Below are positions 28,123 through 36,797 of a stretch of 58,116 nt of DNA, one piece after another. The first letter of the stretch is position 1. Each line of letters starts with the position of its first letter. This stretch comes from an uncultured Candidatus Nitrosotenuis sp. (GTDB lineage Archaea; Thermoproteota; Nitrososphaeria; Nitrososphaerales; Nitrosopumilaceae): positions 1 to 58,116 of the forward strand of contig CAYYBJ010000001.1 of assembly GCA_964470325.1 (NCBI GenBank), written 5' to 3'. Under the pieces are notes generated by a model. That model ran no database searches. It had not been told where the DNA came from and saw only the letters and a list, made by a program, of their open reading frames with translations. The position numbers were made by a program, and so were the translations under genes.

Positions 28123-29268
28123 TTAGAGTTGCTTTAGCTTATCTTCAGCAACTTTGAGGGCTTCCATCTGTTTGGTCTTGTAGCCCATCATCTCTAGTGT
28201 GGAGCCGATTGCCGAAATTGATCTCATGACGTGGTATTTTTGGACCTCGCCCATACATCCAACTCGGAATACTTTTCCCTTGAGATTTCCAAATCCACCT
28301 GCAACTAGAACTCGGAATTTCTCTGCCAGTGTGTTTCTGAAGGTCTTGTCCTCTAGTCCTTGTAGATAGTTTAGTGCAACTACAACAGTTGATCTTGCAT
28401 CTTCTTTGGCAAATGGAGTCAGGCCAAGCTCAGACAAACCAGAGTACAGTGCTTGTGAGCAAATTCGATGTCTTTTGATTCTGTTGTCTAGGCCTTCTTC
28501 TAGGATTACATTCATTGCCTCTCTGTATGCATATAGCAATGGCAGAGCCGGTGTGAATGGTGTGTGCTTTGCCTCTTCGTAATACTTGAAGTATCTTGAT
28601 AAATTAAAGTACATTGTATTTGGCGGATTTGCGTTCATGTATTTTTTGGCGCGCTCATTTACTACGATTGGCGAGATTCCTGGTGGTGCTGCAAATGCTT
28701 TTTGTGCGCCAGTCATTGCAACGTCGATTCCCCACTTGTCCATTTCTAGGTCTTCGCCGCCGACAATAGAGACTCCGTCTACTACATAGAATGCATCGTT
28801 TCGCGCGGTAAGATTCTTGATTTTATCCAAATATTTTATCATAGTACCTGTAGATGTCTCATTCCATACGCAATAGAATGCCTTGACGTCCTTGTTGTTA
28901 TCAAACGCCTCTTTTACTTGATCAAATGTCGCGTTTGTTCCTGGAATGCTCTCTAGTTTTATGACATTGGCACCAGCCCACTCTAACATTTGTGCTAGTC
29001 TTCCGGAGAATTCCCCGTTTGTTGGGATGATTACTTTGTCGCCTTTTTTAATTAGATTAACAACGCTTGCCTCAACAGCACCCGTTCCAGATGCTGAAAG
29101 CAAGACTGCCTCGCCACTGCTCTTGAAAACCTTTTGGGTTTTTTCTACTGCGTCTTGGTATAGTTCTACAAAATCGTCGCTTCGATGGTTTATCATTGGA
29201 GTGATCATTGCACGCATTACTCGCTCTGGTACGTTTGTTGGACCAGGAAGCATGACTAGATATTCCAT
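28123..29268 (-). CDS. Class V PLP aminotransferase (serine-pyruvate/aspartate type)
   Basis: PGPT, SGTGAVE, NETSTG, VDGVS, AQKAFAAPPG, PFTP. Confidence 0.9.
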   Translation of the reverse strand: MEYLVMLPGPTNVPERVMRAMITPMINHRSDDFVELYQDAVEKTQKVFKSSGEAVLLSASGTGAVEASVVNLIKKGDKVIIPTNGEFSGRLAQMLEWAGANVIKLESIPGTNATFDQVKEAFDNNKDVKAFYCVWNETSTGTMIKYLDKIKNLTARNDAFYVVDGVSIVGGEDLEMDKWGIDVAMTGAQKAFAAPPGISPIVVNERAKKYMNANPPNTMYFNLSRYFKYYEEAKHTPFTPALPLLYAYREAMNVILEEGLDNRIKRHRICSQALYSGLSELGLTPFAKEDARSTVVVALNYLQGLEDKTFRNTLAEKFRVLVAGGFGNLKGKVFRVGCMGEVQKYHVMRSISAIGSTLEMMGYKTKQMEALKVAEDKLKQL

Positions 29269-29304
29269 AAGCAGTTTGGACTGTTTTGCGGGCTTTATTT
29301 AAAA

Positions 29305-29799
29305 CTAAAGCTTGGCCAGGCGATCTTGCGCATTTATTTTTAGCAAAACCTTTGCGGTCCCTTCCGGTACAAACTCGGCCCAACTTTTTCCAGATGCAAT
29401 CTTTTCTCTAATGTCGGTGCCGGAGAGGATCTCTCTTTGCTTTAGTGGTACTGATACTACTTTGATTCCGCGTTTTTTGTACAATTCATGCGTAAAATCA
29501 TCATTTGAAAACACGACATCATATTTCGGAACGATACTATCGACATGATATGTCCACTTGGCATGATCATTTACATCCGGCACAAAATAGATCTTGCATT
29601 TTTGCAGATCAGATTTATCCACAGACGATTCAATCATTTCCTTTCTCTCTTCTGCAGAAAATGGATTTCTTTTTTCACCAAATCGATTAGAGCTTCCAAT
29701 TCCTATTGAGAGATTATCGACCTGAGTCAGTGCAAATTTTACTGCAGCTAAATGTCCCAAATGAAAAGGCTGGAATCTGCCTATGAGAAGACCATCCAT
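29305..29799 (-). CDS. nadM: Nicotinamide-nucleotide adenylyltransferase
   Basis: GRFQPFHLGH, NPFS..ER, SGTDIR. Confidence 0.92.
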   Translation of the reverse strand: MDGLLIGRFQPFHLGHLAAVKFALTQVDNLSIGIGSSNRFGEKRNPFSAEERKEMIESSVDKSDLQKCKIYFVPDVNDHAKWTYHVDSIVPKYDVVFSNDDFTHELYKKRGIKVVSVPLKQREILSGTDIREKIASGKSWAEFVPEGTAKVLLKINAQDRLAKL

Positions 29800-29835
29800 G
29801 ATTTTTTTTCTTGCACTTGATTTAAAAACTAAACA

Positions 29836-30879
29836 ATGAAATCACTACAAATGGACGCACTACGAATCGACGGCTCTCACGGCGAAGGTGGTGGACAAAT
29901 TTTGCGCTCTGCACTAACACTATCTGCAATAACACAAAAACCAATCACAATAGAAAATATTCGTCACAACAGAAAGGTTCCAGGCCTCAGACCATCGCAT
30001 CTATCTACGATCAAGCTCCTAGGCAAGATTTGTAATGCAAAAATTGACGGATTGTCAGTTGGCTCTACTAGCATAATATTCGTTCCCGGTACGATCCAAG
30101 ACACAAAGCTACAGGAAAACGTCGGCACTGCGGGAAGCATCTCTCTGATATTGCAGGCAATAATTCCAACAGTAGCGCTTGCCGGCAAAAAACTAGAACT
30201 GTCAATTTCTGGTGGAACAGATGTACCATGGAATCCTACATCAAACTATACCAAATTTGTTCTAGCTGAAGCATATTCCCGACTCGGCATAAAATTTGAA
30301 ATGCACATCAAAAAGCGTGGCTATTATCCAAAGGGTGGCGGCCAAGTAGACATTACAGTTCTTCCATGTAATCATCTAATCCCAATTCGCTTATCCAAGA
30401 GAACATCAATGGATGCAAAAATTCTCTGCTCTTTTTCTGGCATATCACAAAATGAAATCACAAATAATCTCAATTTGGCAAAATCAACACTAGAGAAGAA
30501 AGGATTTTCCGTACAAACACAGCTCACAGAAGAGCGGGCACTAAATTCAGGAGCATCATTTTTGGTGTATAGTCATGACTCTGATTCCATAAATGGGGCA
30601 GACGAACTATTTGATTCGCAAAACAAATCAAACTTTGGCAAAACAGCAACATCCGCATTTGCATCATCGAATTTTGGAGTCGATGCGAACCTGTCCGATA
30701 TGCTCGTAACCCCACTCGGACTCTCAAAGGAAATGTCGATTTTCACAGTACCACAAATCTCAAAGCATCTGGAGACAAACCTCTACATCACATCAAAAAT
30801 CACCGGCTGCAAGTACGGCGTAGGCAAAGTCAATGGTGGCTATGAGGTAAGAATTACAGGCTCAGAGGCCAGCATCTAG
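29836..30879 (+). CDS. rtcA: RNA 3'-terminal phosphate cyclase
   Basis: DGSHGEGGGQILR, GGTDV, RGYYPKGGG, catalytic His in SKHLETN. Confidence 0.93.
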   Translation: MKSLQMDALRIDGSHGEGGGQILRSALTLSAITQKPITIENIRHNRKVPGLRPSHLSTIKLLGKICNAKIDGLSVGSTSIIFVPGTIQDTKLQENVGTAGSISLILQAIIPTVALAGKKLELSISGGTDVPWNPTSNYTKFVLAEAYSRLGIKFEMHIKKRGYYPKGGGQVDITVLPCNHLIPIRLSKRTSMDAKILCSFSGISQNEITNNLNLAKSTLEKKGFSVQTQLTEERALNSGASFLVYSHDSDSINGADELFDSQNKSNFGKTATSAFASSNFGVDANLSDMLVTPLGLSKEMSIFTVPQISKHLETNLYITSKITGCKYGVGKVNGGYEVRITGSEASI

Positions 30880-31356
30880 TATTGCTGCAAACAACAATAC
30901 CAGAACAGACAACACAACAGTAACCTCGCCTACTATGATGATCTTTTTTCGAAGCTTGGTTACTTGTTCCTGGGTTAGCTCTTTTTGCATAATCTTTTCT
31001 TCGATGTCTTTTCTGATTATTCTCACATGTACTGCAAAAGAGCCCAAAAGTGCAGCCACTAGGAACATTTTGATTATCAGCATCATGCCATAACTGGATG
31101 TGAACAAAAAGTCAGGCCTGCTCAAAATTTGGTGAGAGTTCCAAACTCCAGTCGCAATCAAAATCAAAAGGGCAGGAATTGCAATTTTGTTAAATCGCCT
31201 ACCAACCTTGATCATTATTTGCAATCGTCCTTCCATCGTTGGTATCATTGTTTTGAGAATTGGAGCAAAGACTATGGCAATGAATAACGATCCTCCGACC
31301 CAGATTGCCGAACAAATCAAATGAATCCACGTAATGACAGCTTGCTCTAACGCCAT
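30862..31356 (-). CDS. CopD-like membrane protein
   Basis: WIHLICSAIWVGG, YG..L..K; four TM helices. Confidence 0.75.
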   Translation of the reverse strand: MALEQAVITWIHLICSAIWVGGSLFIAIVFAPILKTMIPTMEGRLQIMIKVGRRFNKIAIPALLILIATGVWNSHQILSRPDFLFTSSYGMMLIIKMFLVAALLGSFAVHVRIIRKDIEEKIMQKELTQEQVTKLRKKIIIVGEVTVVLSVLVLLFAAILDAGL

Positions 31357-31433
31357 TGAATTGGCAAATCCTAGTTCAAATATTATCTAACTGAAACCAA
31401 CATTTTTTAGTTGAAATAATTTGGTACCATTCG

Positions 31434-31928
31434 TTGGCACTTCAAAGTAAAATGATTCTCTATGTAGCACTAGGTGCCTTACTTGCAATGCTTGGAGGCA
31501 TCACTTGGTACGCAAGCCTGGACAACCCCAAGCTAGAACAAGTAGAAATCGACATGGGCACAGTCAAGCTGATAAGCGAGAATACAATAGAAGGAAAAGC
31601 AAAACTTGACGTTGGATTTGTCATAAAGAATCCTAGCGACAAGACCTTTACCATATCAAGAATTGACTATGAATTATTTGCAAACGGAGTATCAATCGGA
31701 AAAAGCCAATATTCAACAGAAGACGTTGCAATGCCTGGCCGTGCAGCATTCTATACGGGAGCAGAAATCGAGCTCCCAAGTTCGTTTACCCTGACTAAAA
31801 CCACAGAAAATGCCGATCAGTACACAGCAATAACCACAGAAAGCCCAGTTGTGTATTCAGCAAAAGGACTAATCGTAGTTGAGTCCGCGTGGAGTCTTGT
31901 GGAAAAAGAATTCAACATTTCTCAATAA
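31434..31928 (+). CDS. Membrane-anchored LEA_2/WHy-like protein
   Basis: TM helix plus IKNPS..IDYELFANG..IG pattern. Confidence 0.7.
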   Translation: MALQSKMILYVALGALLAMLGGITWYASLDNPKLEQVEIDMGTVKLISENTIEGKAKLDVGFVIKNPSDKTFTISRIDYELFANGVSIGKSQYSTEDVAMPGRAAFYTGAEIELPSSFTLTKTTENADQYTAITTESPVVYSAKGLIVVESAWSLVEKEFNISQ

Positions 31929-31940
31929 TTTTGTAAAAGA

Positions 31941-32014
31941 TGGGCCGAGAGAGATTCGAACTCTCGATCACCGCCGTGTCGAGGCGGTATCCTAACCAAC
32001 TAGACTACCGGCCC
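31941..32014 (-). tRNA. tRNA-Val(GAC)
   Basis: Minus strand GGGCCGG..CCGCC-TCGACAC-GGCGG..TTCGAAT..TCGGCCCA. Confidence 0.93.
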
Positions 32015-32072
32015 AATAAAGTACAAGCCATGAACTCTACATTATTAACCTTTAAACAACAACAAAACATCC

Positions 32073-32789
32073 ATGAGCGAATTCTCCAGTCAAGAAAAAT
32101 CTGGACTCTACAAGGCAATCTACACAAGGCGCGATGTTAGATCTCACTTTAACTCTAAACCCATACCAGATGACACACTAGCAAGAATTCTCAATGCAGC
32201 TCATCATGCACCATCTGTTGGATTCTCCCAACCATGGAATTTTGTTTTGATTCGAGATCACACCACAAAACAAGCAGTCAAAAAATCATTTGAACAGGAA
32301 AAGGCCCGCTCATCAAATGATGTCAACGATCAAAAAAAGGAAAAATATCTCTCGCTAAAACTAGAAGGAATTTTGGAATCCGATGTAAATCTGTGCATCA
32401 CATATGATCCAACCAGGTTTGGCCCATTTGTGATTGGCAGGTCCAACATTCCAGAGACAGGAATCTATAGCGTTTGTTGTGCAGTGCAGAATTTGTGGCT
32501 TGCAGCCCGCTCCGAAGGAATTGGAGTCGGCTGGGTAAGCATTCTATCCAATGACACACTAAAGCAAGCACTGAGTCTGCCAGAGCACATTGTGCCTGTT
32601 GCGTATTTGTGCCTCGGACACGTAGAAGAGTTTGCAGAAAAGCCAGACTTGGAAACTGCCAAGTGGCTTCCAAGGCTTGAGCTCAAAGACGTTGTGTATT
32701 ATGAAAAATGGGGCCAAACCTCAAATGATCTCTGGAATAAAATCAATGAGCTAATCAGAACAAATCTTGATTACGCTTTTATGAAGTAA
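32073..32789 (+). CDS. bluB: 5,6-dimethylbenzimidazole synthase
   Basis: RRDVR, APSVGFSQPWNF, LKLEGI, AVQNLWLAARSEGIGVGWVS. Confidence 0.93.
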   Translation: MSEFSSQEKSGLYKAIYTRRDVRSHFNSKPIPDDTLARILNAAHHAPSVGFSQPWNFVLIRDHTTKQAVKKSFEQEKARSSNDVNDQKKEKYLSLKLEGILESDVNLCITYDPTRFGPFVIGRSNIPETGIYSVCCAVQNLWLAARSEGIGVGWVSILSNDTLKQALSLPEHIVPVAYLCLGHVEEFAEKPDLETAKWLPRLELKDVVYYEKWGQTSNDLWNKINELIRTNLDYAFMK

Positions 32790-32807
32790 AAACTGTAATT
32801 TTGTGCT

Positions 32808-32901
32808 GGGCTTGTAGCGCAGAGCCGATTTCGGCGTGCAACATGGATAGCGCAGTAGCCTCCTAAGTTACAGGTCGAGGGATCGAAGCCCTCCAAGCCC
32901 G
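32808..32901 (+). tRNA. tRNA-Arg(CCT) with a 19-nt intron in the D loop (about 32823-32841)
   Basis: Acceptor GGGCTTG/CAAGCCC, D stem GCGC/GCGC, anticodon arm GTAGC-CTCCTAA-GTTAC; extra hairpin GCCGA-TT-TCGGC in the D loop. Confidence 0.9.
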
Positions 32902-32939
32902 CTTTCTAACTTAAATAAAGAAACAATCCTGCAAAAATT

Positions 32940-33461
32940 ATGAAAATAGTTGTCATCTCTGGCAGCCCACGAAAGCAAGCAGTCACGCAAATAATGATGA
33001 GATTCGTCTATGATTATACTAAATCGAAAAACGCAGACACCAAATTCATCAATTTATCCGAAGGTATTGTTGACTGCTACAAAGGATATGACGTTACCTA
33101 TTCAGATACCACCACTCAGGCAGCAAAAGACATCATGGACGCAGACGTCTGGCTTGTCGGCACGCCAATTTACAATTCGTTTTTCAGTGCCGCACTCAAA
33201 AATCTCTTTGAATATGTCAACTACAAGCAGACTGCTGGAAAGACTGCAGGCCTTGCCATACTAGCATCAGGCCAGATTGGCTTTACAGACGTGCAAACTT
33301 TGCTGACCCAGCTAATGTCCTATTTCAAAGTGATAACAAACCCCAAGGCAGTATTTCTGACAGTAGACCAAATCAAGGAAAATTCCATAGATGAAAATGC
33401 CCAAGCTAGGCTCAAAGAACTAGTTGATGAAACAATATTTTTGGCTTCTAGACCAAAGTAG
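32940..33461 (+). CDS. NAD(P)H-dependent FMN reductase
   Basis: SGSPRK, TPIYN..S.ALKN flavodoxin-like motifs. Confidence 0.88.
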   Translation: MKIVVISGSPRKQAVTQIMMRFVYDYTKSKNADTKFINLSEGIVDCYKGYDVTYSDTTTQAAKDIMDADVWLVGTPIYNSFFSAALKNLFEYVNYKQTAGKTAGLAILASGQIGFTDVQTLLTQLMSYFKVITNPKAVFLTVDQIKENSIDENAQARLKELVDETIFLASRPK

Positions 33462-33846
33462 AAGCAGGTAGGTACACTACCTTGAATATTTTTACGACAT
33501 AGTCACCCTCAAAAATCTTGGTCTCTTTTCCGTCAGTTACGGATCTAACTCGAAACTTGTATTCATACGAGCCGTCCTCTTTAACATCAGTTTGTGCAAA
33601 GTGGACTGCCTCGCCATTTTTGAAGATCTGAATTATCACTGGATTTCCCTCAACTGGATTTGCAATTTTTCCTTCAACAAAACCCCAAGGAAGCTTGTTG
33701 TTTTTTGGAGCAGAAAACGGAACAATTGTCTTTTCAATTCCAATTGAAGAGTTGATTGGAGTCAGGCTTGTTTCTGCAAACGCAGAATTCACTGTTGCCA
33801 TTACAAGTGCAAATGCAACTGTCGCAATGACTGCCTTTACTAACAT
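33448..33846 (-). CDS. Secreted hypothetical protein (Ig-like beta domain)
   Basis: Signal peptide ending AFA; DGSYEYKF. Confidence 0.75.
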   Translation of the reverse strand: MLVKAVIATVAFALVMATVNSAFAETSLTPINSSIGIEKTIVPFSAPKNNKLPWGFVEGKIANPVEGNPVIIQIFKNGEAVHFAQTDVKEDGSYEYKFRVRSVTDGKETKIFEGDYVVKIFKVVYLPASTLV

Positions 33847-33898
33847 TAGCTGGTTTTTTGCTCAAGTCAAATATTAAGATGACGTATCAATGATACAC

Positions 33899-34009
33899 AT
33901 GGAAGAGCTAAACGATGGTTGCACATGCAAGTGCCATTTTGGAGGTGCAGTTAGTTGTCCTGGATGCAAGAAAAACCATCATGGAATGAATTGCTCCCAC
34001 TGCAAGTAG
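33899..34009 (+). CDS. Metallothionein-like Cys/His-rich micro-protein (36 aa; alternative ATG 33890; not in ORF track)
   Basis: MEELNDGCTCKCHFGGAVSCPGCKKNHHGMNCSHCK; 7 Cys and 4 His; TATA-like ATATTAAG at 33871. Confidence 0.7.
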   Translation: MEELNDGCTCKCHFGGAVSCPGCKKNHHGMNCSHCK

Positions 34010-34483
34010 TCATTTTCTTTTTGCAGCAGCTGCCTTGAGGTTTGCAAGCTCTGCCTTTAGAGCTTCAATTTGGACCAGAGTCTCCAGGTTGGCAATTTCC
34101 TGTTTCATTCTGGCAATTTCATTGTCCTTGAGCTGTACCTCTCCCTTTAACTCGTTTAGTTCAGCAGTAAATGACTCACGGAATCTGTTTAGCTCATCTA
34201 GTGAGATGTTTGTTAGTTTAATCGAGCTTTTTTTTTCCTCGTGGGAATGTGTGTGTTCGTGAGGATGGCTGTGCGAGTGTTCGTGACTGTGGCCGCCATG
34301 CTTTTTGGTCCAGTCTGCGCTTTTTTGCGCCAGCCAGCAAATTACGACCAAAAACCAAGTAACTATAACAGAAACTAGGAGCAGTTGGTGAAGTGCTGGA
34401 GGCATGTAAAAGTACATGCCAGTCAGAAATACCGCAAAACATGCAACAACTACTGTTGCTAGATGGTTTCGCAGATAACCCAT
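34010..34483 (-). CDS. Membrane protein with a His-rich linker and C-terminal coiled coil
   Basis: Two TM helices, HGGHSHEHSHSHPHEHTHSH, heptad-rich tail. Confidence 0.8.
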   Translation of the reverse strand: MGYLRNHLATVVVACFAVFLTGMYFYMPPALHQLLLVSVIVTWFLVVICWLAQKSADWTKKHGGHSHEHSHSHPHEHTHSHEEKKSSIKLTNISLDELNRFRESFTAELNELKGEVQLKDNEIARMKQEIANLETLVQIEALKAELANLKAAAAKRK

Positions 34484-34557
34484 GTTTTAAGCCCTGAAAA
34501 GTCGAATATAACGTTAATGCTGAATCTCATAATAATAAAAGAAAAGATAAACGAAAT

Positions 34558-34788
34558 TTATTCGTCTTTTTCTGAAACGGTAATCTCTTGTGGGACTTCG
34601 GATTGTAAAATCTTTATTTTTGACAGAAGCTCATTTCTGAGATCGCGTGCAACCCTTCGCACAGTTGGTCTTGGAACGCCCAGTTCTTCGACAACTTTGC
34701 TGTAAATGTCTTGCTTGTCTGTCAGCCCCTTTTCAAGGTAAGTATTGATTGCTGCTTTGATAACGGTGCTTTGATTTGTGCGATTCAC
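34558..34788 (-). CDS. Small HTH DNA-binding protein
   Basis: DIYSKVVEELGVPRPTVRRVARDL. Confidence 0.7.
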   Translation of the reverse strand: MNRTNQSTVIKAAINTYLEKGLTDKQDIYSKVVEELGVPRPTVRRVARDLRNELLSKIKILQSEVPQEITVSEKDE

Positions 34789-35026
34789 AAGGTGTAATTT
34801 TTCTCGATCTATATAAGACTATAACTTTTCTTGAAAAAATTTGCAGAGTTTTTCGAGCTGCAAAAAATTATTATAATATGAAAAGTCGAACCGATCCCGA
34901 AAGTTTGCAAAACGAATTTCGAATCAAATCCAAAATTCTAAAATAAAAAATTTGCAGTTTTTACAAAACGCTTTGGAAATAATTCAATAGCAAGACTCTT
35001 ATGCTCAAAGGCGAACCGTGGTATAA

Positions 35027-35506
35027 TTGACCCAAGCAACAATTGAAACCAAGTTTGGAAAAATTGTATTTAAATTGCTGCCAGAATTGGCGCCAGAACA
35101 CGTTAGAAACTTTGTAAAACTTGCCCAGTCTGGATTTTACGATGGAACATTATTCCATAGGGTGATTCCTGGCTTTATGATTCAGGGTGGTGACCCAAAC
35201 ACAAAGACCCAAGACAAGTCTAGGTGGGGTCAGGGCGGTCCAGGCTATACAATAAAGGCAGAGTTCAACACAAGATCACATCTCAGAGGTATAGTGTCAA
35301 TGGCAAGAACAATGGATCCAAACAGCGCAGGCTCGCAGTTCTTTATTGTTACTTCAGATAGCACCTTTTTGGACAGGCAATACACAGTCTTTGGCGAAGT
35401 CCTAGAGGGAATGCAGGTAGCAGACCAAATTGTCAGCCAGCAGCGAGACAGAAACGACTGCCCACTACAGGAAGTACGAATGACCAAGGTCACAATCTCT
35501 GAATAA
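35027..35506 (+). CDS. Cyclophilin-type peptidyl-prolyl isomerase
   Basis: FHRVIPGFMIQGGDP, SAGSQFFI, YTVFGEV. Confidence 0.95.
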   Translation: MTQATIETKFGKIVFKLLPELAPEHVRNFVKLAQSGFYDGTLFHRVIPGFMIQGGDPNTKTQDKSRWGQGGPGYTIKAEFNTRSHLRGIVSMARTMDPNSAGSQFFIVTSDSTFLDRQYTVFGEVLEGMQVADQIVSQQRDRNDCPLQEVRMTKVTISE

Positions 35507-35508
35507 AC

Positions 35509-36396
35509 ATGAAAATCATTCTCGCATTACTGCTAATTACTGGCATATTTTCATACTCTGCGTTTGCTCAAGAAGTAAAAATCGGCGAGCCGGCAGTACA
35601 ACAAGTATCAATTAGAATTTCAGAAGAAGGTGATGCACACGTAACACATGAAGTGCAAAAGGCAAAAGCACCAAAGCAAGTAGAATTTCTCTCGCCAGAC
35701 TTTGCCAATTTCACCATAATAAATGACGAGGGAGAAGAGCCAATGTATGCAGAGGCAGGCGGAGAAAATCCAGGAATTGTCTTGTTTCCATCAAACGAAG
35801 ACGTCACAATTGAATACGACATCAAAGGAATAGTACAACAAAAGAACGGCCTCTGGTATTGGGACTATGTCTATTTGGCAGAAACATCATTTTACTTGCC
35901 AGAGGGAGTAGACCTGTTCTATGTCAATGAGCGCCTAGTCCAACTCGGAGACCAAAAGGGATTCCTTTGCCATGGATGTCAGGTAAAGCTAGAGTACGAG
36001 CTAGAACCAACCATACTAACACAGCAGATAAGCTGGGAAGGCCAAACATTTGATGTCAAAGTCATCACACAAGCAGAAATTTCTGAAATAACACTGGACC
36101 AGCCAAACAAAATACTCAGTTTTGATATCGTAGAACCAAACAAGTACATCACACTGGTAATTCCCCAAGCTCTCTTGTGGGGCCCATACGAAGTCGCACT
36201 AAATGACGAGCTATTCCTAAAACAAGAGCGAGTTGACCAGGACGGCAATGTCTGGCTCCATATTTTACCAAAAGAAAAGGGAACCGTCACAATTCTTGGA
36301 GTATCTGTTGTGCCAGAATTCCCAATTGGTATGATTCTGATAATGAGTGCCGCAATGGGCGCAGTAATCTATGCCGGCAGGCTCAGTCGCCGCTAG
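35509..36396 (+). CDS. Surface protein with a PEF(G)-CTERM sorting signal
   Basis: Signal peptide; C-terminal VVPEFP, TM helix, basic tail. Confidence 0.85.
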   Translation: MKIILALLLITGIFSYSAFAQEVKIGEPAVQQVSIRISEEGDAHVTHEVQKAKAPKQVEFLSPDFANFTIINDEGEEPMYAEAGGENPGIVLFPSNEDVTIEYDIKGIVQQKNGLWYWDYVYLAETSFYLPEGVDLFYVNERLVQLGDQKGFLCHGCQVKLEYELEPTILTQQISWEGQTFDVKVITQAEISEITLDQPNKILSFDIVEPNKYITLVIPQALLWGPYEVALNDELFLKQERVDQDGNVWLHILPKEKGTVTILGVSVVPEFPIGMILIMSAAMGAVIYAGRLSRR

Positions 36397-36538
36397 AGCC
36401 GCAAGAGCAAAACCCATACTCGTCAATTCTGACATTGCACACAGGACATTTCTCCCCATAGTCAACCTCCCACGGCTCTTTTCCAAACAATTTGAAATGA
36501 TCATCTATCTCAATGGGAATGATTCTTTTTTTGGCCAA
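36383..36538 (-). CDS. Small zinc-finger protein (51 aa; ORF track shows a different frame)
   Basis: TTG start, MAKKRIIPIEIDDHFKLFGKEPWEVDYGEKCPVCNVRIDEYGFCSCGSSGD; CxxC..CxC. Confidence 0.75.
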   Translation of the reverse strand: MAKKRIIPIEIDDHFKLFGKEPWEVDYGEKCPVCNVRIDEYGFCSCGSSGD

Positions 36539-36608
36539 TGATTCTGATGTCTCATTTTGGTATAATAATGTGAGTCAGAATTATTAACGCAAATCATTGT
36601 ACCATATC

Positions 36609-36797
36609 ATGAAGTGCGACTGTGGTTGCCATTGCATCAAATGCAAGAGCCCAAACCTAGAATCATTTCAGGTGGGAAAGATAGAAGCAGACGGATATTT
36701 TGAGATGCACCATACCTGCCATAATTGTAATGCGCACTTTGATCACCTAGACGGTACTATATTTGACAAATGCGATATCTGCAAGTATTCTAGTTGA
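36609..36797 (+). CDS. Cys/His-rich small metal-binding protein
   Basis: MKCDCGCHCIKC..HHTCHNC.AHFDH..CDIC. Confidence 0.75.
   Translation: MKCDCGCHCIKCKSPNLESFQVGKIEADGYFEMHHTCHNCNAHFDHLDGTIFDKCDICKYSS

Noticed and set aside
31940-32140. 66-aa ORF MGRERFELS...
   Set aside because: Antisense reading of tRNA-Val
17492-32901. Integrated element or att duplication at the tRNAs
   Set aside because: No repeated tRNA 3' end, integrase or transposase seen by eye; flanking genes are core
36265-36504. 79-aa minus-strand ORF from the track
   Set aside because: Wrong frame; the 36383-36538 Zn-finger ORF is more plausible and overlaps its neighbour less
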